A stretch of 63,440 nt of DNA, the filler included, from Guillardia theta CCMP2712 (taxonomy: Eukaryota > Protista > Cryptophyta): the NCBI RefSeq assembly GCF_000315625.1. It is 6 parts of 6 records of this genome, joined end to end, with 100 filler letters (N's around TTAATTAATTAA, not from the genome) between each part and the next. Parts side by side here need not be neighbours in the genome. Positions count along the whole stretch, not along the records: positions 21,629 to 50,882 come from NW_005434475.1; 5 more parts are not named here. One strand, given 5' to 3'. Shown one piece after another: positions 36,748-49,934 of this stretch. Under the pieces are notes generated by a model. It searched no databases and was not told the origin of the DNA. It worked only from the letters and a program-made list of their open reading frames with translations. How positions within the stretch are numbered: position 1 is the first letter of the stretch; every line of letters starts with the position of its first letter. Both the position numbers and the translations under genes were made by a program.

Positions 36748-38814
36748 TTGCTAGCTTTGCATCAGCTCGCTCAGAAAGTTAAAATGGACACAATTTTGTC
36801 GTCCTTGCAGCAATCGCTTGAAGACCGACTTGACTCTGAATGGATGTCACCATCAGGGGGTTTGAAGCCGAGCGAGAGGTTTAGTGCAATGAATCCAATC
36901 GACCGAATAGTACTGGAAGCCAACCAAGCCCGGGATGCTACATTCCTTTGCATGATCGAAGCCTGTTCTGGGAGCGGGAAATCGCTTTGTGCTGTAGACT
37001 ATTTTGTTCGAAATCCGGATGAAAGCATCTATTTTCTCTTCATCCCTACGGCGCATGGATACAGGCAAAGGAAATACGAGGAGCATGTGGAAAGCATCTC
37101 AAATCTGATAAGCAGAGCCATAGACTGCGATGTTTGCGGGTTGGCAAAGTATGCGATTGCCGAATCGGAGATTGGTGCAAGTATTGAGGCGTTCGATGTC
37201 GATGTAAACACAGATGGTAGGAAATGGCATGTGTTGGGAGCTCTCGGCTACCTGTGGAAGGAGACGAATACCATTGCTCCAGTGTCTGTGCAGGAGGCTA
37301 AAAAATGGAGACGGCGGTGGGTTCTCATAGATGAGACCATCCCACCTCAGAAGGACGAAGGCAGGCTGTTCTCACCAATTGCAAGATTAGTGCTTGTGAG
37401 GAAGATTTTGATGAACTCCAATATTCGCTGCATGATGTTGGGGACGGATGCTCTGGCCATGGCTCTGGTCATGAACTTCAGAAAGGGCTCAAACAGCTCG
37501 CCGTACAGTCGCGGTGCAGATCAAAGATTGTACTGCTTTACACATCGGTCTCTTCCTCCATACGTTCTGAGGTCGAGAGAAGAAGAAGAAATATTGAAAA
37601 GACTTTTCGGGGAATCACAGGTTTTTGAGGTGCTCGACCACGTCAATCCATGGCTCTGCTCACTTTTCTTGGACCAAGCGCAGAGAATGAAAGATGTGGA
37701 ACCATCCACATGCATGCGACAAGTCTCGCGAATTCTTCTGGACGATGTCAGAATGATGAAACCGAACTTGAGAGACGAGTCGATCTACTGCATGTTTCAG
37801 ATTGCTGCGCATCAGCATTTCTCTCCCTTGCACATCTCCAAGGGTTTTGCACATTTAAATGCATGGTATGGAAATCCACCAACCCGAGGCAGTATGGAGT
37901 CTATTGTTGGAATTTTCATAGACGAGCTGGGAAGGAATATGTATATCAATCACACGCCTATACCGCACCTGACCTCAAGGTTCTCGTCTGCCCTTCAAGA
38001 TCCCATCACGATGGCTATTTGTGCGGGAGGAGGACGACCTTTCCGCCAACGATCAGCGCTTGAGGTCCTGCAGCAGATACACGAAGAGGCAGCGATTGGG
38101 AGTGATCCTTTGAGCGGGGATGCATACAAGCGAGATGGCAACGTGCTGGAGTCGTTCGGGGCATTAGTCATGATTATCAGCAGCTGGTCTCCTCCCCAGG
38201 ACCTTCTGAAGAACATCGCGTTTCATTGCGGGTACAAGCATGAGCAGAGATGTGTAGACGACATTCTTGCGTCGATTGCAAGCAAAGATAGTTTCATAGA
38301 GATTCTGATTTCCTGCATGTCCAACCTTGTTCCTGTGCTGGTTAGAGTGGAAGATCATGGTCTCGCTGCGGTCTTGGGTTTCTACACTCGAGACCAGGAC
38401 AAATCAGGCAGGGACGGCACCTTCGTGGGACCTGCTCCTGCAAGGAAGATGCGATTGAGAGGAGGAGCGGAGATGAAGAATTTGAATTCTCCGCATATCT
38501 CGAAACAGTCTTCAAATACGATCTCCAGTCTGTTGTCTCATGATCTGGATGTTAATCTTTGCATGGTACCCGAGATTTCAGAAGGGGCTCTTGAAGATTG
38601 CATCAAGGAGCTTAGCTACGAGACAGAGTGGCTGATATTGCATCTCAACAGGACAGGTGGCTGGACCGCCTTTTCGAAACAGATGGATGCATCAGATGAC
38701 AAGAAGAGACAAGACAAGGAGGGAATTGAGCTTCAAGACAAGTTTGCTCTGGTCAAGAGAAGAGTGCTGATGGTCGTGGAGGTTGGAGCTCACACTCAAC
38801 CTTTTTCCGAATAA
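36748..38814 (+). CDS. Crinkler-type P-loop NTPase + restriction-endonuclease-fold protein (long single exon)
   Basis: Walker A CSGSGKS, Walker B WVLIDE, GNVLESFGALV motif, C-terminal R...RDGTF...GAEMKN (D..ExK). Confidence 0.75.
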   Translation: MLALHQLAQKVKMDTILSSLQQSLEDRLDSEWMSPSGGLKPSERFSAMNPIDRIVLEANQARDATFLCMIEACSGSGKSLCAVDYFVRNPDESIYFLFIPTAHGYRQRKYEEHVESISNLISRAIDCDVCGLAKYAIAESEIGASIEAFDVDVNTDGRKWHVLGALGYLWKETNTIAPVSVQEAKKWRRRWVLIDETIPPQKDEGRLFSPIARLVLVRKILMNSNIRCMMLGTDALAMALVMNFRKGSNSSPYSRGADQRLYCFTHRSLPPYVLRSREEEEILKRLFGESQVFEVLDHVNPWLCSLFLDQAQRMKDVEPSTCMRQVSRILLDDVRMMKPNLRDESIYCMFQIAAHQHFSPLHISKGFAHLNAWYGNPPTRGSMESIVGIFIDELGRNMYINHTPIPHLTSRFSSALQDPITMAICAGGGRPFRQRSALEVLQQIHEEAAIGSDPLSGDAYKRDGNVLESFGALVMIISSWSPPQDLLKNIAFHCGYKHEQRCVDDILASIASKDSFIEILISCMSNLVPVLVRVEDHGLAAVLGFYTRDQDKSGRDGTFVGPAPARKMRLRGGAEMKNLNSPHISKQSSNTISSLLSHDLDVNLCMVPEISEGALEDCIKELSYETEWLILHLNRTGGWTAFSKQMDASDDKKRQDKEGIELQDKFALVKRRVLMVVEVGAHTQPFSE

Positions 38815-39653
38815 TGGCGCAATCTCTCCATCTCTCCATGCTGTGATTTATTGACCACCGGAAATGCTCCTAGTGGTCCTGATTGTGTGGTACGGTAGGG
38901 TTACTGTTTGTTTAAACTCTTCAAGTATTATCGATCACTTAACTTAAGTTTGGGGGACAGCAGTCGGCAGGATTAGGTTTGGTTCTCGCTGTCTTTTCTC
39001 TTCTCGCCCGGCGTTTGGCCAGTGCGACAGGAGTTGAGTAAAGGGAGAGTTGTCAGGGTCAAGCCGCTCCTCGACTCTCCTGATTGTCCTCGTACTGATT
39101 TTTAGCCTGACGTCCGAGTATCATGGGCCGGGGGGCCGGGCGCCCGGGGCCCGCCGCCGTGGTCACCGGGTCCGGTTCCGGGCCGACAACCGTGACCGAG
39201 CCCGCCGCCGGCCGTGGCATCGGTGACGGTGCCACGGTACACCGGGCCCCGTGTACCGACGGTGCGGCTAGTCACGAGTGCCTGCGCCGGCCAGCGGCCC
39301 CCCGGGCGGACCGTCCGACGCGGCCGCGAGTGACTGCAAGTTGCTGTCCGGCCCAAGTCGAATCATAAGTTTGCCAGGTTACTCAGTCCGAACTTCAGTT
39401 GTCGGAGAGTCGACAAGCGGCGCGGCCCGCGGCCCGGGCGGCCGGGCACGACTCGTGGCTTCAATACGGTGACTTCCCGCGGCCCGGCCCGCGGAAACTT
39501 GAAGCGGCTTCGGAAAGCCGGGCTTCGGAAGCCGGCCGGGCCCCCGGCCGGCCGGCCCGGGCCCCGGGGGCGCCCCGCCGGGCCCCGGCCGCCCCCTCAG
39601 TCACATGCCCCGAGGGCAGGTCACACGGTGGTATCTGGGAATATGAAGGAATC

Positions 39654-41240
39654 ATGCGGTGCATGCTATGCCTGCTGTATCGCGCTCTTGTAGCCTCTCC
39701 CTCTCCCTCTCCCTCTTCTCTTCCCTCCTCCTCCTCCTCCTCCTCCTTGTCTGCTCTTCCCTCCTCCTCCTCCTCCTCCTTGTCTTCTCTTCCCTCCTCC
39801 TCCTCCTCCTTGTCTTACCTGCCTTCCTCCTCCTCGCCTCTTCCACCCTCCTCCTCAGCTGCTGCCCTTCTCAGCTGCCGGCTCGCACTGTCAGCCTCCT
39901 CTCTCCTGATCCTGCCTTTCCCGTCTTCTCGCGCATACTCGAGGCTCTTGAGGAGCATGCGAGGAGGAGGAGGAGGAGAACCGACTATGAAAGACTCTCA
40001 AAGCGCCCGCAAGCTGCCCGTCGTAGCTATCGATGGACCAGCCGCGAGCGGTAAAAGCACCCTAGCCCATCGCCTCGCGGCTCACCTCAGCTTCCCCTGC
40101 CTTGACACCGGTTTGCTGTAAGCGCTCAGCCTGCTATGAGCTCTGCGTTACCAACTTCCAGGTATCGAGCGACCGCTCTTCGCTTGCATCGCAAGGGGCT
40201 GAGCATTCCCGAGTACCGCAAGGAGGACAGGGAAGCGGAGGTGGCGGAGGAGCAGTTCGCCACCGAAGCATCCTCCCTCTCGGTGACAAAGTTTCTCTGC
40301 CATGCTCAAAGTCACTCTGCGCAGCTGCAGGAGCTGGAGGATCCCGAGCTCTCCTCGGACCTCGTGGGAGAGCTCGCCTCGGTGCGGAGGATTTTCGGCT
40401 GGTTGTGCCTTATGTTGTTTCAGATCGTCTCGGCGTATCCTCGAGTCAGGAAGGCGCTGGAATCGTAACGCTGCATGAGATCGCCTGACCTGTCCCCACT
40501 GATCCTGTCGCTGCATGTCGCCTCGTCGGATCTGTGTCCCCAGCTACCAGCGGAAGTGAGCACCGTCCGATCCCGACCTCAAGGTTTTAATCCTTGCTGC
40601 AGTTTCTGTATCAAACCTCCCAACGATGCTCGTGGAGCCGTTCTTGTCGGGCGAGACATCGGTCGTCTCCTCTAGCCCTTGCTGCGACTCACTTTCATGG
40701 CAGGGACAGTCATCTGTCCCGAGGCTGCCGTGAAGTTGTACGTTGAAGCAGATGTGAGGACCTGTTAAAATCTTCCTCCTCCTGCTCATGTGCAACCAGG
40801 TTGAGACGCGGGCTCAACGGCGGTTTCATCAGCAGCAGGAGAGTGGCAGGTGAAATTGAGAAGCTGCAACGAAAGGGGTCACATGTACCAACAGGAACGT
40901 CAGTCTGGAAGTGATTCTCAAGGCCCTCCAGGTCAGTCAGCTCTGCTCTCTCGTCGTCTCACGTGGACAAGTGACTCGCCTCCTGCAGGAGAGAGACAAG
41001 AGAGACATGAACCGCGACAGCTGTAGACTGCACATGGCGACTGACGCCGTCTGACTTCCTTGACGCATGTGGAGAAGTTGTGATGATGCTTGCAGGCTCT
41101 ACTTGACACCTCAAGCTTGACCCCAGAGGAGGTTGTACCAGTTATCCTGTTGAGGTTCCTCTTGACAATCTCGTCAGGCTGTTCAACGTGCTCTAGAGCA
41201 TGCGAGAAGGCAACTGGGCGACATCAATGGTAGCGTGTAG
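39654..41240 (+). CDS. cmk: Cytidylate kinase (bacterial-type CMK) with N-terminal extension, multi-exon
   Basis: [71 protein letters not shown]. Confidence 0.9.
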
Positions 41241-41343
41241 CTGGTACAGAGACAAGGCAGACAAAGTGAGCACTCATGGTATAATCAATTAAACACCCGT
41301 CATCATCCCTTCGTCAATTCTTTTCCAAAGCCTTCTAGCCATT

Positions 41344-41464
41344 TTATCTTCGAATGTAATGCTGCTGCATCTGATTCTGAAAGCCTCCGTACTGTGGCTG
41401 CATCCCTCGCGCTTGTCCGCGTTGTTGCATTCCATACATGTACTGCTGCTGGGGTGGCTGCTTC

Positions 41465-41503
<39 letters not shown>

Positions 41504-42050
41504 GGATACTGTCCATATGCCTGACCCTGCTGCATTTGTTGGGCATTGCTCGGACTGCCTGTGAGCAGAATGACATCATTCGGCATCAGGTGCACTCGCC
41601 CGCCTTTACCTGGTCCCGGCATTCCTCGTCCTCTTCCCGACATGTTCGGCACTTGACCTCCCATCTGCGGCATCTGCATACCCTGCATCATCGCCTGCTG
41701 TGACTGTCCAGGTTGCGGCTGTAGCTGCTGCTGCTGCTGCTGCTGCTGCTGTGGCTGAAAACCGAGTAACAAATTCAGAAGAAGGGAATGATTGGGACAG
41801 AAACAGATCGCGAACCTTTTGATGCATAGGATTGTTGATTTTGATGGATGAATACAGTCCACCTCCTTGCATGCCGCTTCCCTGTGGCATCGATCCTTGC
41901 GAAGCGAACAGATCCACCTAAGAGCTTGATGAATCTTTCAAGACATGGAGGTGAGAACTAAAACCTGCTGCATCTGCTGTTGCATCTGCTGTTGCATCTG
42001 CTGCATGTTCGGAGACATCATCTGCATGGGCGATATTTGTTGAGGATTCA

Positions 42051-42085
<35 letters not shown>

Positions 42086-44573
42086 ATACTCATTTGCTGC
42101 TGCGGGTTAGGCATTTGAGGAGCCGCAAGCTGCGGTTGCTGTTGCTGGGCTTGAGGCATCATGTACATGCCGTTCTGGGGTTGGTAGGGAACGTACGACA
42201 TTTCCCGGGCGAGGGCCTCAGGGAGAGGTCCATCAATGGGCGCCAGCTAGCATGAACTTACAAACAGCACGCGATCACACGCAAGTCACCGTAGGAGATC
42301 TAACGATTGCTGCAGGTAAGCCTGCAGTCGGTACTGGAATGATCTCTTCTTTGCCCTCTGCTATATCAGGCATGTGTGCAGGAGGTCCACGCTTGCCTGA
42401 GCAAAGTTGCTCGTATCAAAAGAGCACACAAAGAACAAAATCAATTCAACCTTTGCCGAAGTTTTGGTACTTGAAGGGCGAGTTCTGCTTTATCTGATTC
42501 TCGAGATATCTAACTTTTCCCTGAATACCAGTCATTGATTTCTGTTACAAATAAAAGATTGATACCTCTGCTATTGCCCTTTTCTTCTCTTCATCCCTCC
42601 TTCGTTCTTCTGAATTGATCAACTGCTGTTGAAGTTCCATGACTCGTTTATCTATTTGAGCACTCGCACTTTGCTGAAAGTGATGGTTCAACTGAAAGAT
42701 TGCAAAGGAGAAGCTCAATCTTACCTGTGTCGTAAGATCCATCACTCTTCTTTCCAAAGATCTCAAAGCATTCTCAGCCTGTACAAGGTTTAAAACAACG
42801 AATTCGGGAACCACCCATAGAAGCAACCTCTATTCTCTGCGTTTCTTCTTGTTTCTTCTCCATTTTGAGACTTTGTATTTGCTTTTCATACATGTCATTT
42901 TTGCGTGCATCTCCTTGTTGATTTCCATAAGTAGAAGCTGCAGAAGTTGATGTTTGCAGGTATCGAATTCTGCTGCATGTATAAGTGCAATTGCTTCAGA
43001 ACACTCGTTACCGACTTGTCCTCAAGTTCTCTATTCCGTTCTTCAACATCTGTGCGGTTGGCCTTGAGTTTCTTCAGTTCCTCTTCGAGCTGCTTTCTTT
43101 CACGCTCTGAGTCCTAAATCGTGAAGTCAGCTTTTTCTATGCTTTGCCCGCACTAAAACAGTGTTGTACATCAAGTTTTGACCGAACTCTTTCAATCTCT
43201 CGCGTCTGCATCTCATACAACGCCCTATCCACGTTATTGATTGCGGCATCAACCTGGAACCAACAAAATCTCACAGGATTTACACCTTAGATTATAGCAA
43301 TACCGAAGAACTCAACGGTGTGTGAGAGCTTTGATCACTGGAAACTGGTACAGGAGCAGCACTTCGCTTTTGTAAAGCAGACCGTTGATCGAAAGACTGG
43401 CTCAATCCTATGGAAAACCCTGTTTCAAACCATCAAAAGCACACGGATATGGAACTCGTTTGTCCTTACCTTGTTTGAAAGTGTTCTTCGTATCATGACG
43501 CTGTGTAAATGAAGAAGACGAGTTTTCATACATCGAAGTAGTATCTTGCGATGTGAACTGAGGTCGGACCTCATGGTTTGCTCTGCCAGAAAACGAATGG
43601 GGTCGGGCATGGTTCTCAATGGCGTTTTCCCATTTGTCCTTGAGATCTCGGGATGACGGTGATTGCGATTTGTTCTCAGACATCGGTTCAATCTTGAAAT
43701 CTGCTTCCTCGTTGACCTGAAAGCCAATGCTCAGGTCAAGTGCAGCTCAGGTGTGCCAAAGCAAGGAAATTCAAAGAGTCTGAAAATAACCACCTTGGAG
43801 GCTTCAGTTGTTTTCTGGACCTCGTTGGATTTGGTGTCGATGGAATGGTTCACGCTGGAAGATGGAATTGTGCTGCTGGAAGACTGAATGCTCGAAGAGT
43901 TGCTAACAGATCCACTCCCTCTGGTCCATTGTCTGGACCAGCCCCAATCAACCGCCGTTTCTCATTCTTAGTCGGTTGCCGAAGCAATTCAACGTCGAAG
44001 TAGGTGCTTTTTTCCTTGAATCATTTTGTCAAGAGAATTCATAAGTAATCATAGTTGTACCTGTACTGCATTTGAATTCAAAGCTACTCCGCCGCGTAAA
44101 AATCCTAATCTGCAATAGGAGCCAATCGGACCAGGGATCATGGTTCGGAGAATGGATAGGGGTTTGCCAATAACCTGAATATACAAGTCAAACGTCAATG
44201 CTGCGAATAAGTTCGCTTGAAAATACATCGACGTTTCCAACTCGAACGACCATGTCTCCAGCTTTGACCATTCCTGTCCATCATTCAGTACCAGCAGTCA
44301 ATGCACAAGAGATTCAACCAGTCCTCTCAGCAGACCCTCCTTCTATTAAAGCTTTGACGGTGACTCGGACAAACCCGGAAGGGTCTTCTTCCTCAACAAA
44401 TAAGATTCCAACTCCTGTGAATCAGACGAGCTTGTCAGATCAACCTGTAGGTTTCGATCAAAATCAAAGTGAGAACCAGCTTGATTCTCCTTTGAGTCCT
44501 GTGACACCGATGGGGACCAAGAGCTTCTTTTGGCTTGTGAGGTGGAGCTTGAGGCATGCTGATGGTTCGGCAT
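41344..44573 (-). CDS. PDZ-domain, coiled-coil, Gln-rich protein, multi-exon
   Basis: GVGILFVEE..VKALIEGGSAERT/GMVKAGDMVVRVG/IGKPLSILRTMIPGPIGSYCRLGF; coiled-coil exons; polyQ C-terminus. Confidence 0.7.
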
Positions 44574-46471
44574 GGATCGTAATGCAGGAACATGTATCAT
44601 CTTTGCTCAACTTGCAAGATTCAGTAAAGACCAGCTATAACACAATTAATATCAAACAAAGAACCCTTTTCAATTGCAACTCACCTGTCGGATGAATTAC
44701 AGGCAAAATTTGTCTGATCAAGAAGAGCTTAAGGGCAGCCAATTGGCATGTCCACAGCAAGTGAGTCACGACAAAAATAGGCCCTGTAATTGCCTTCCTG
44801 ATATTATTAAATCAGACGTGGAAGGAGGAAAAATTGAATAGCCAAAGCAACGCGATTATCTGCAAGTTGTGAACATCATGTGCTTCTGAGTATGACACAT
44901 CAACTACTGGAATACAGTTTTTAAATCAGGTTCAGTCTGGAATCGCAGTCATGCAGCGGAATCAATCTGGTGGCAGAGAATCAAATATTGAATGAGGATT
45001 TTTTTCACCAGACTGATGGAAATTTGAATGCGATAGTGGAGTGGCATGTAAGCGAATGACTGGGGCGGGGTGACTGTGGGATGAAAATGTAGGAAGTGGA
45101 GGGGAACTTGGGAAGAATGAGAACAAGAGCAGACGTATCCGGAGCAAGAGACAGAACAGCTTTCATGAGCGCCGACGATGCGCTAGGGCGCCCATAGAGT
45201 GCATGCTAGTGGCGCTACTGCAAGAAGAGATCGCGCCGGCAGATCGGTTCCCGGTGGGGGTGGGGGTAGTTGTAATAAAGGGTGGGGCAGCATATCAGGT
45301 GGGTGGGCTCAGGAAGTGTGACTTTTGGGTCCGGTACTTCTGCCCAGAAATAAAACCAAAAAGAAGGGGTGGGTAATTGTTTTCTGTAGTGAACAGAAAT
45401 ACACTAGGGTGGATGGAATATGGGGTGGGGTGTAGTTTTCTCTCTCGTACCCAGGGGTGGGTTTACGCTTGGGTGGGTGGATCAAGACCGGGCCTAGAAA
45501 CTACCTGCTTCCAAACCAACAGGGGTGGGTCAGGAACTCATGAAAGAAGGGGTAGATTTACAGGGTGTCATCGTTGTGGGGTCCGTCACAGATGAGGGTG
45601 GTGGAGGAGGGGTACGGTACTCCCCAGTGTTTGAAGTCAAATACACTTTTTGAGGCCTGAAATGAAGCTAGGCCGGTGGGGTGGGTTTGTTCAAACTTGT
45701 ACCCCACCCTCCATTTACCCTCTAATCTAGGGGTCCTTGTCGTTGCCAATCTCAGAGTCAGACTACCCTACCCCTAGGGCAGTGGCGGCCGCGAACCCCC
45801 CGCCGTGAGCGGCGCCCGGACCGACCGTCAGGTGTCGTGGATCACCCCTCTCATGCCCGTCTTACACAGGGGTACTCTGACGATGTTTTCAACTAGCCCC
45901 TGGCTGAGGCGGCCCGGCACTGCATGTGCCTGAGGGCGGCCGGGCGCCGCGGCCCGCCCGGCTCCGGCCNNNNNNNNNNNNNNNNNNNNNNNNNNNNNNN
46001 NNNNNNNNNNNNNNNNNNNNNNNNNNNNNNNNNNNNNNNNNNNNNNNNNNNNNNNNNNNNNNNNNNNNNCATACTTGGCATATGGTTGCTCCTGAAGCGA
46101 GCGTGGACTCGGGAGCGGCCCGAAGGGCCCCGGCCACCGAACTTACCGGGACTACGAGAGCCCAGCGGGCCAGCCCCCGAGCTGCCCCGGGCCAGCCTTG
46201 GCACCGCAACCGGCGAGCACCCGGCCCCCGAGCCCCGGGGCCCCCGGCCCCGGAACCCGGGCGCGGCGTAGGGAAGTCCGACCGTGTCCCTGGGCCACCG
46301 GGGCCGCATCCGGGCCCCTGCTGAGGGTACCGGGCCCAGGCCAGCCGCCGCGCGGACCCGGTCACACAGTGGGCCCGGCCGCCGACTCAGTAGCCAGGCT
46401 AGCCTCGGAGCCTGCGGCTGGCAAAGTCATGAAGACAGCGCCCGCCTCAGAGGTTCACATAAACGACTGCA

Positions 46472-47485
46472 ATGTTGCGGTCTGGTGTGTCAGCGATGCT
46501 GGCGATGGTGCTGGGCTGGGCGATGATGGACAGGACGTGGGGGTTCATGGGAGCAAGCCATCTTCCAGTCAGCGTCATGAGAGCGAGCCATCTCCCAGTC
46601 AGCAGTGGCTGCTCATCGTTCTGCAGCATATCGCATGCTCAATCAAGTTTGGGTTCACAGCCTCGGAGCAGAGGGAGAGGGTTACTGGGCAGCCGCATGA
46701 CAAGCTTGGAGGCGAACAATCTGAAGAGAGAGCTTCTGGATGCCGTCGCGAAGTTCAAGGAGCTTCAAGACCGTGATGGTAAGGTCTCTGTTGATTTTGG
46801 AGTGCGGGGAGGGGAGTTGGATTCCAAGTCAAGGGCCCCACGAAATCTAGCCGAGGACGGAGGGTTTTACAAGATTTCCAAGGACGTAGGAGAAGCTGCG
46901 GACAAGATCTTTTCTATCGTCGAAGAGCTCGGGAGGGTCAACCCGAACCCCGAGGCAACAAAACACTTTGGGACAGATCAGGGCAAAGACTGCAAGCTCC
47001 ATGGAAGGTGGTGCTTGCTTTTCACCACGGCAGCGGACGCAACTTTCAGCACCAAGTCGAAGAGAGGAGATGCGAGAGCTTCGAACGAGGTCGATGCTGT
47101 GGCGGGGAAAGTCATGAACATCATCGAGTTCTCTCCTCGTCCTGACGGGAGCAAACCTGCTGTCTCCAAACTCCAGGTACGTCTTCGTGCCATGGCTCTG
47201 TCTCCGACGAGGGTCGGCCTTCAGTTCAAGTACGTCAAGGCGAGTCTGCAAAGGCTCTTTGGCTTCGAGCTCCCGGGACGGGGGCTCCCACTCTGGTTTC
47301 CTGTGCCCGGGCCAACGTTGACACGCCTCCTATTCTTCTTCCGCAAGGTGAAGGACGTTCCCAAGGCCTTCTTCGACGTGATCTACCTCGACGACCAGCT
47401 CAGAATCCATCGGACGGGGGAGGGGAATTTGTTTGTTCAGGTCCGGCCTGACTGGAAGGAAGGGATGGCCATTACTATGAGATGA
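46472..47485 (+). CDS. PAP/fibrillin family plastid lipid-associated protein
   Basis: Signal peptide plus transit-like region; LKRELLDAV, LGRVNPNP, LHGRWCLLFTT, FFDVIYLDDQLRIHRTGEGNLFV. Confidence 0.88.
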   Translation: MLRSGVSAMLAMVLGWAMMDRTWGFMGASHLPVSVMRASHLPVSSGCSSFCSISHAQSSLGSQPRSRGRGLLGSRMTSLEANNLKRELLDAVAKFKELQDRDGKVSVDFGVRGGELDSKSRAPRNLAEDGGFYKISKDVGEAADKIFSIVEELGRVNPNPEATKHFGTDQGKDCKLHGRWCLLFTTAADATFSTKSKRGDARASNEVDAVAGKVMNIIEFSPRPDGSKPAVSKLQVRLRAMALSPTRVGLQFKYVKASLQRLFGFELPGRGLPLWFPVPGPTLTRLLFFFRKVKDVPKAFFDVIYLDDQLRIHRTGEGNLFVQVRPDWKEGMAITMR

Positions 47486-47543
47486 CCCGCCTAAAATGGC
47501 GCGTTTGTGTAACTTTTTCGGCATCACAATGAATTTTTGCCCT

Positions 47544-49141
47544 TTACTTTCCAGCTTGCTTTGCCTCATCAAGTGCTTGTGATACCCACCCACGGAAAGA
47601 GACAGGAGCAGTCCCTGTCACCTTCAGCACGTTGTCGTTGTACACGTCGAACCCTCCTGCTCTCAGGAACCGCCACAGGGACCTGAAACAAGTCCAAGCG
47701 TGAGCTGTAAAAGCACACCGGCTGTTGTCATCAGCACCTGTAGTCTTGACTTGCTGGCAGTTCTTGTTCAACATATTCCACTGGCTTCCCCATCAACTGC
47801 AGGAGAGTCACTTTCAACCCCGCATCTCCTCAGCCACCTCAGTCAACAAGTTCTGCATGTCGACCGCCCCGAGGCAGTTCTCCTGCCTTCAGCATCAACA
47901 GCCTTGTCTCACACAACCTTCACCCACAGCTGGCCCGGTGATGTCCAGAACTTTTCCATCCCACTGCAGCAACAGCATCAGGGCCTTTGGTTTCGGTTTC
48001 TCCCTACAGCCTTTTGAACCACCTCGTGGTGCGTCAGGGCACGCGCGGAGACGTTCCCTATGTCGGTCAAGCTGATCCAGTTGACCTTGGCTGACTTTCC
48101 GAGGGGAGAGGAGAAACGCGAGTGTTGCAGGATACCAGGCTGGTGGAGCAAGTGAGGGGGAGGAAGAGGGGGGGGATGGATGGCAAGGTCGAGGAGGCAA
48201 GGAGGGAAAGGGAGGCAGGGAAGAGAAGGCAGGGGAGAAGACGAGGCAAGGGGGAGGAGGTGGAGAACGACGGAGTTGAGTTGAAGGGGGGGGGCGGAGA
48301 GAGAGATGAAGAAGGTAAATTTCGAGCTCGACCAAGTCGTAGTTGAAGTTTGTGAAGAATGAAGTTGGACGGATGGAGGTAACAATCAGCCCGATGCTTT
48401 TGATGTGCTCCTCGCATGCTACATGTGAATTTCCCAGTGGACCCTGGCAAGAAGCAGAGAGGCGTGAGTTGAGACGAGGATAGAGAGCGAGAGGTGGGGG
48501 ATGAAAGAGGAGGGTAAACCTGGTCCTCAAGGAAAGGTGTTGACATTGAGTCGATTCCAAGGGAAGAAATTCTCACGATCTACAAGAGCAGAGTCAACGT
48601 TCTCATCCGACTTTTCTCCGCGTGTCTCTTCATGTCAGTGGGATCAGCGTTAGTTCGTCAACTCAGCATACCAACTTCACTCCGCAGGCTTTCGCTACGT
48701 CGGCTATGCCATTCCCTACCGACACCTGAGCCCATTCCATGAGCAGCTGCCTCCTCCCCCAAGACCTGGGGCAGCTCTACACCATCTGCTCGGCAGGCAG
48801 CGCTTGTGGGAGGGCGACGAAGACTCGCTGCACATCTCTGAAAGCTTCCACCAAGCTGGAGGGGTTGCAGCTGTCAGCTTCAAACCTGCAGCACCAGCGG
48901 TCAGCCCTGGCTCTACTCTCACTTGTCAAACTCACAACTTGACGCCTGGTAAGCCGCCGAGAGCTCTGGCCTTGCTCGAGTTGACGTCCCTCGTGATGAC
49001 GCTGCATGGCGGTCAAAGCTGCCTCAGCATACCCTGAATTCCCTACCGGATCTCCGACGGAGCAGAAGCATCTTTACTATCTACAAGCTTGGACAAGCAG
49101 CTCACCACGCACGAGCCGCAATTCCCCGTCGCGTTCACAAT
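47544..49141 (-). CDS. NmrA-like atypical SDR, multi-exon, 5' end in gap
   Basis: IVNATGNCG Rossmann motif; HVACEEHIKSIGLIVTSIRPTSFFTN; DGKVLDITGP; VLKVTGTAPVSFRGWV. Confidence 0.78.
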
Positions 49142-49934
49142 CTGTCAGCTCATTCAACATGTGCTAGCAGATGTCTGCTTGACTTCACCGCAAGCGCTTG
49201 TCCTNNNNNNNNNNNNNNNNNNNNNNNNNNNNNNNNNNNNNNNNNNNNNNNNNNNNNNNNNNNNNNNNNNNNNNNNNNNNNNNNNNNNNNNNNNNNNNNN
49301 NNNNNNNNNNNNNNNNNNNNNNNNNNNNNNNNNNNNNNNNNNNNNNNNNNNNNNNNNNNNNNNNNNNNNNNNNNNNNNNNNNNNNNNNNNNNNNNNNNNN
49401 NNNNNNNNNNNNNNNNNNNNNNNNNNNNNNNNNNNNNNNNNNNNNNNNAAATTTAGATCTTGATGCTGAGTTCATGGTCGAGGTCGAGGACGAGGACGAG
49501 GACGAGGGCGAGGGAGAGGGAGAGGGAGAGGGAGAGGGAGAGGGAGAGGGAGAGAGGGGAAGGAGGAGAGCATAGGAGGCTTCCAGTGAGGTGAGGAGAA
49601 TAGGAGGCTCTGATGAATGGGAATAGGAGGTGATTAAGGTGGTTTGATACGGAGGTTGAGAGATGTGGAAGTAAAGAGCTAGAAGGTAGTGCACAGAAGA
49701 GACGAGAGCAGTGCAGTGGAGCAGACGGTGAGTAGAACATAGTTGTGAGATGGAAAGAAAGGCACATCGAGTTGTACGATGGTGAAGTGAGGGCTGTGGT
49801 GTGCATGCCATGTAGAGAAAGATGGAGTTGTTGTAGGATCTGTTAGCTTGACTCACTGCTTTCAGATGGCCCTTCATGGTAGAGGAGAGTAACTAGCACT
49901 TGATTCAAGTCCTGCTAAACCTGCCTTCGTTGTG

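Larger units (their letters stand above)
34833..39100. mobile_element. Insertion bounded by 14-bp direct repeats TCCTCGTACTGATT, carrying a Crinkler-like gene
   Basis: Identical 14-mers at 34833-34846 and 39087-39100; GC-rich patch sequence continues on both outer sides. Confidence 0.6.
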
